Assembly (NCBI RefSeq): GCF_009914755.1
Contig: NC_060925.1
From: the human T2T-CHM13v2.0 reference genome, Homo sapiens
Length of the DNA stretch: 64,000 bases
Reading direction: 5' to 3' (one strand)
The first letter of the stretch is position 1, and every line of letters starts with the position of its first letter. The notes beneath the pieces are model-generated. The model did not search any database and was not told the DNA's origin. It worked only from the letters and a program-made list of their open reading frames with translations. Position numbers and translations under genes: made by a program. Positions 61,796 through 64,000 of this stretch are shown one piece after another.

Positions 61796-64000
61796 CAAGT
61801 CACACAGGTTTTTAAGAGTATCTCAAACACACACTCTGGAATAAAAACCAGATGGCCTTCACTATAGCTAAGTTAATCATAAATATAAGTAGCATTGCTG
61901 TAAAAAACATGAAGCAGGATGCTGATATAAATGTCCAGTTACTCCTTGTTGAGGAATTGACCAGTGTAGTCTGAACTCCTAGCCCATGTGATCAAGGGTA
62001 CCAAATCTAGTATAATTTGGTCTAGTTTGCACACTGGGCTCTCTTCATTTGTAAACTCAGCAATTCTCATGGTGAGGGAAGTTGTTTGCTTTCTTTGAGT
62101 GGTGGTAGATGGGGAGAGTGTTTCAGGGGAAGTGACTCCTTTCTAGGCTTCACCCTTCATTTTTGACCCAGTAGGCTCAGGATGAGGCCTGGTAATCTGT
62201 TTCATTTTGATTTGTAATCCATTCACGTCAGCTTGCCGTTCGCTATTTAAGAACCATTGCTCTCAAGCATGTTTCAGGGCAATACAGATTTGGTTTAGCT
62301 TCAGTTTAAGTGACGAACAAAGTCCACTTTAAGTAATTCATCTTTTATTTTCTAGAGCTGCTGTGCTTACCTCTGCTAAAAGCTGCGAGACATACTGCTT
62401 TAACCTACAAAAGCTTCTCCGAAACAGAAGTGTATATTTTTGTGCCAATATTTTTCTTACCAGCTGTGCTTTCTTCCAGGGAGATCGTGCTTTGCCACTA
62501 AATGAGCCTGTGTGCAAAAATACTCTCTGCCAAGTAGAACCTTGCTGTTTCATATTCATCAGCTAATTTATTCCTGTGACCACCTTTTGCAGTATGCCTA
62601 TTTTACAGATTTTTTTAAAAAGCAAATTTAAGAAAGGAAATAACTTTCTCAAGTTTATGCAGCTGATACACACTGGAGGTTGAGTTTCAAATTAGGTCTG
62701 CCTGATGCTAAATTATTTTCCTTTGACTTTTCTCTGTCTTCATTTTCTCTCCTGCCTTATCCGTTGCCCACGTGTTAAGTCCCATCGTGTTACCCACAAG
62801 CATACCTTAGTCTTATTCCTGGCTCTTAGTATTGAGGAAGTTGTCAACTTTGGCATTAGGTAGGTTTTAAACTGGATGTTCTGTTCATGTATGAATTTTA
62901 TGAATAATTCATTGGTTTGGTGCCCACTAAAAGGACCAACAAGATTATTTTCTGGTAATTGCAAGTTTCATTGTGAAGGTTACACATAAATTTTTTCTAC
63001 TCCTTATTCATTCATCCAATAGTTTAATGCCTGTGTTTTATTGTCAAGGTCGATTTATTTGCCAGGAATATGAGGTCTCTGCTTGAAAAGAAAATAGTTT
63101 TGTTATCTTTTTTTTTCCAGATCTGGTCATAATCCCTAGCAAAGATATACTGGTTAATGTTACCAATAGGGTAAAGGTCAATGAAAAGCAGTAAAACAGT
63201 ATTTGTCAATGTTTTATGAATTTAAGTGGACTTAACTGTAGAGAAACTATTAAAAATCATAGTCTTCTCCTCTGTACTAGGCTTCCTATTCTAAAATAGG
63301 GCTCATTTTTAAAACTTCTGACCATTCAGTAAATAATTTTGTGATCAACTATGTATGCATAGGGCATCGTGCTGAGGAAAATCCAAGTTAGACTACAAGA
63401 CATGACTCCTACACTCTGTAAGAACTATCATCCATTTTCAGAAAGAAAAATTTATGTAATGATAATGATAACCAAGGAATTATAACTAGCGGATAAAGTG
63501 AAAGTTCAGATGTCAAAGTAAACAGAGACTTCTTTGAGTTGATGTAATTCCTGAGAAAAAAATCATTTTACTATATAATAGAGATTATATAACAACTTTA
63601 ATTTTCATCACAAGAGAAAATACTAAGTTATGTGCTTGAACAAGTTTTTTGCTGCTGTTCTCTGGCGAAAAGATCAAAGAACATTTGAATCTCTTCCAGC
63701 ACCTCAGAGGTCAAGCCAACAAAACTAGCTTACAAATATACTAGGTCTCCTATAAACAAATATATGCTGCTTTTCTCCAACATGGCCGAGCCCAGGAGAG
63801 GTGGTGTGCAAGTATCCATGACGGCTGTCTGGCACTAGAGTGGAGAGGGTAGCGAAGAACAAAGCACTTGCAGGGTGAGAATCTGAATCCGGCCTGAGCT
63901 GAAGAGGAGAGGCTTGTTGTTGCCAGTGTTGGTTTAGGTAATGGTGTGAGTAGAAACCAACTGCTACTGGTTTTAGAGAAATGTGGACTGGTGGATGCTC

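Overview
Primate (almost certainly human or great-ape) genomic DNA, AT-rich and dominated by repeats. The only host gene I can support is the 3' end of a + strand maestro/HEAT-repeat gene, most likely MROH9. Five coding exons (4744-4896, 4998-5114, 5667-5769, 42473-42535, 44441-44682) splice into one open frame at canonical GT-AG sites and end at TAG. The 36.7 kb intron (5770-42472) is almost entirely nested LINE-1s of many ages plus Alus, and several insertions can be resolved by their target-site duplications (TSDs). The 3' flank holds L2/MIR/MaLR relics, a MER4-group solo LTR, a THE1 LTR, several Alus and a young 5'-truncated L1PA2/3. Nearly all ORFs in the supplied track are repeat-derived or spurious. 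I do not see a new multi-gene biological system. The unusual signals are retrotransposition and rearrangement footprints: a probable L1 3' transduction, an ORF1-to-ORF2 templated insertion, an inversion with a 13-bp inverted breakpoint duplication, a possible gene-conversion tract between inverted L1s flanking three exons, and a perfect (TG)n/(CA)n hairpin. Repeat subfamily names come from recalled diagnostic motifs, not from a database search.
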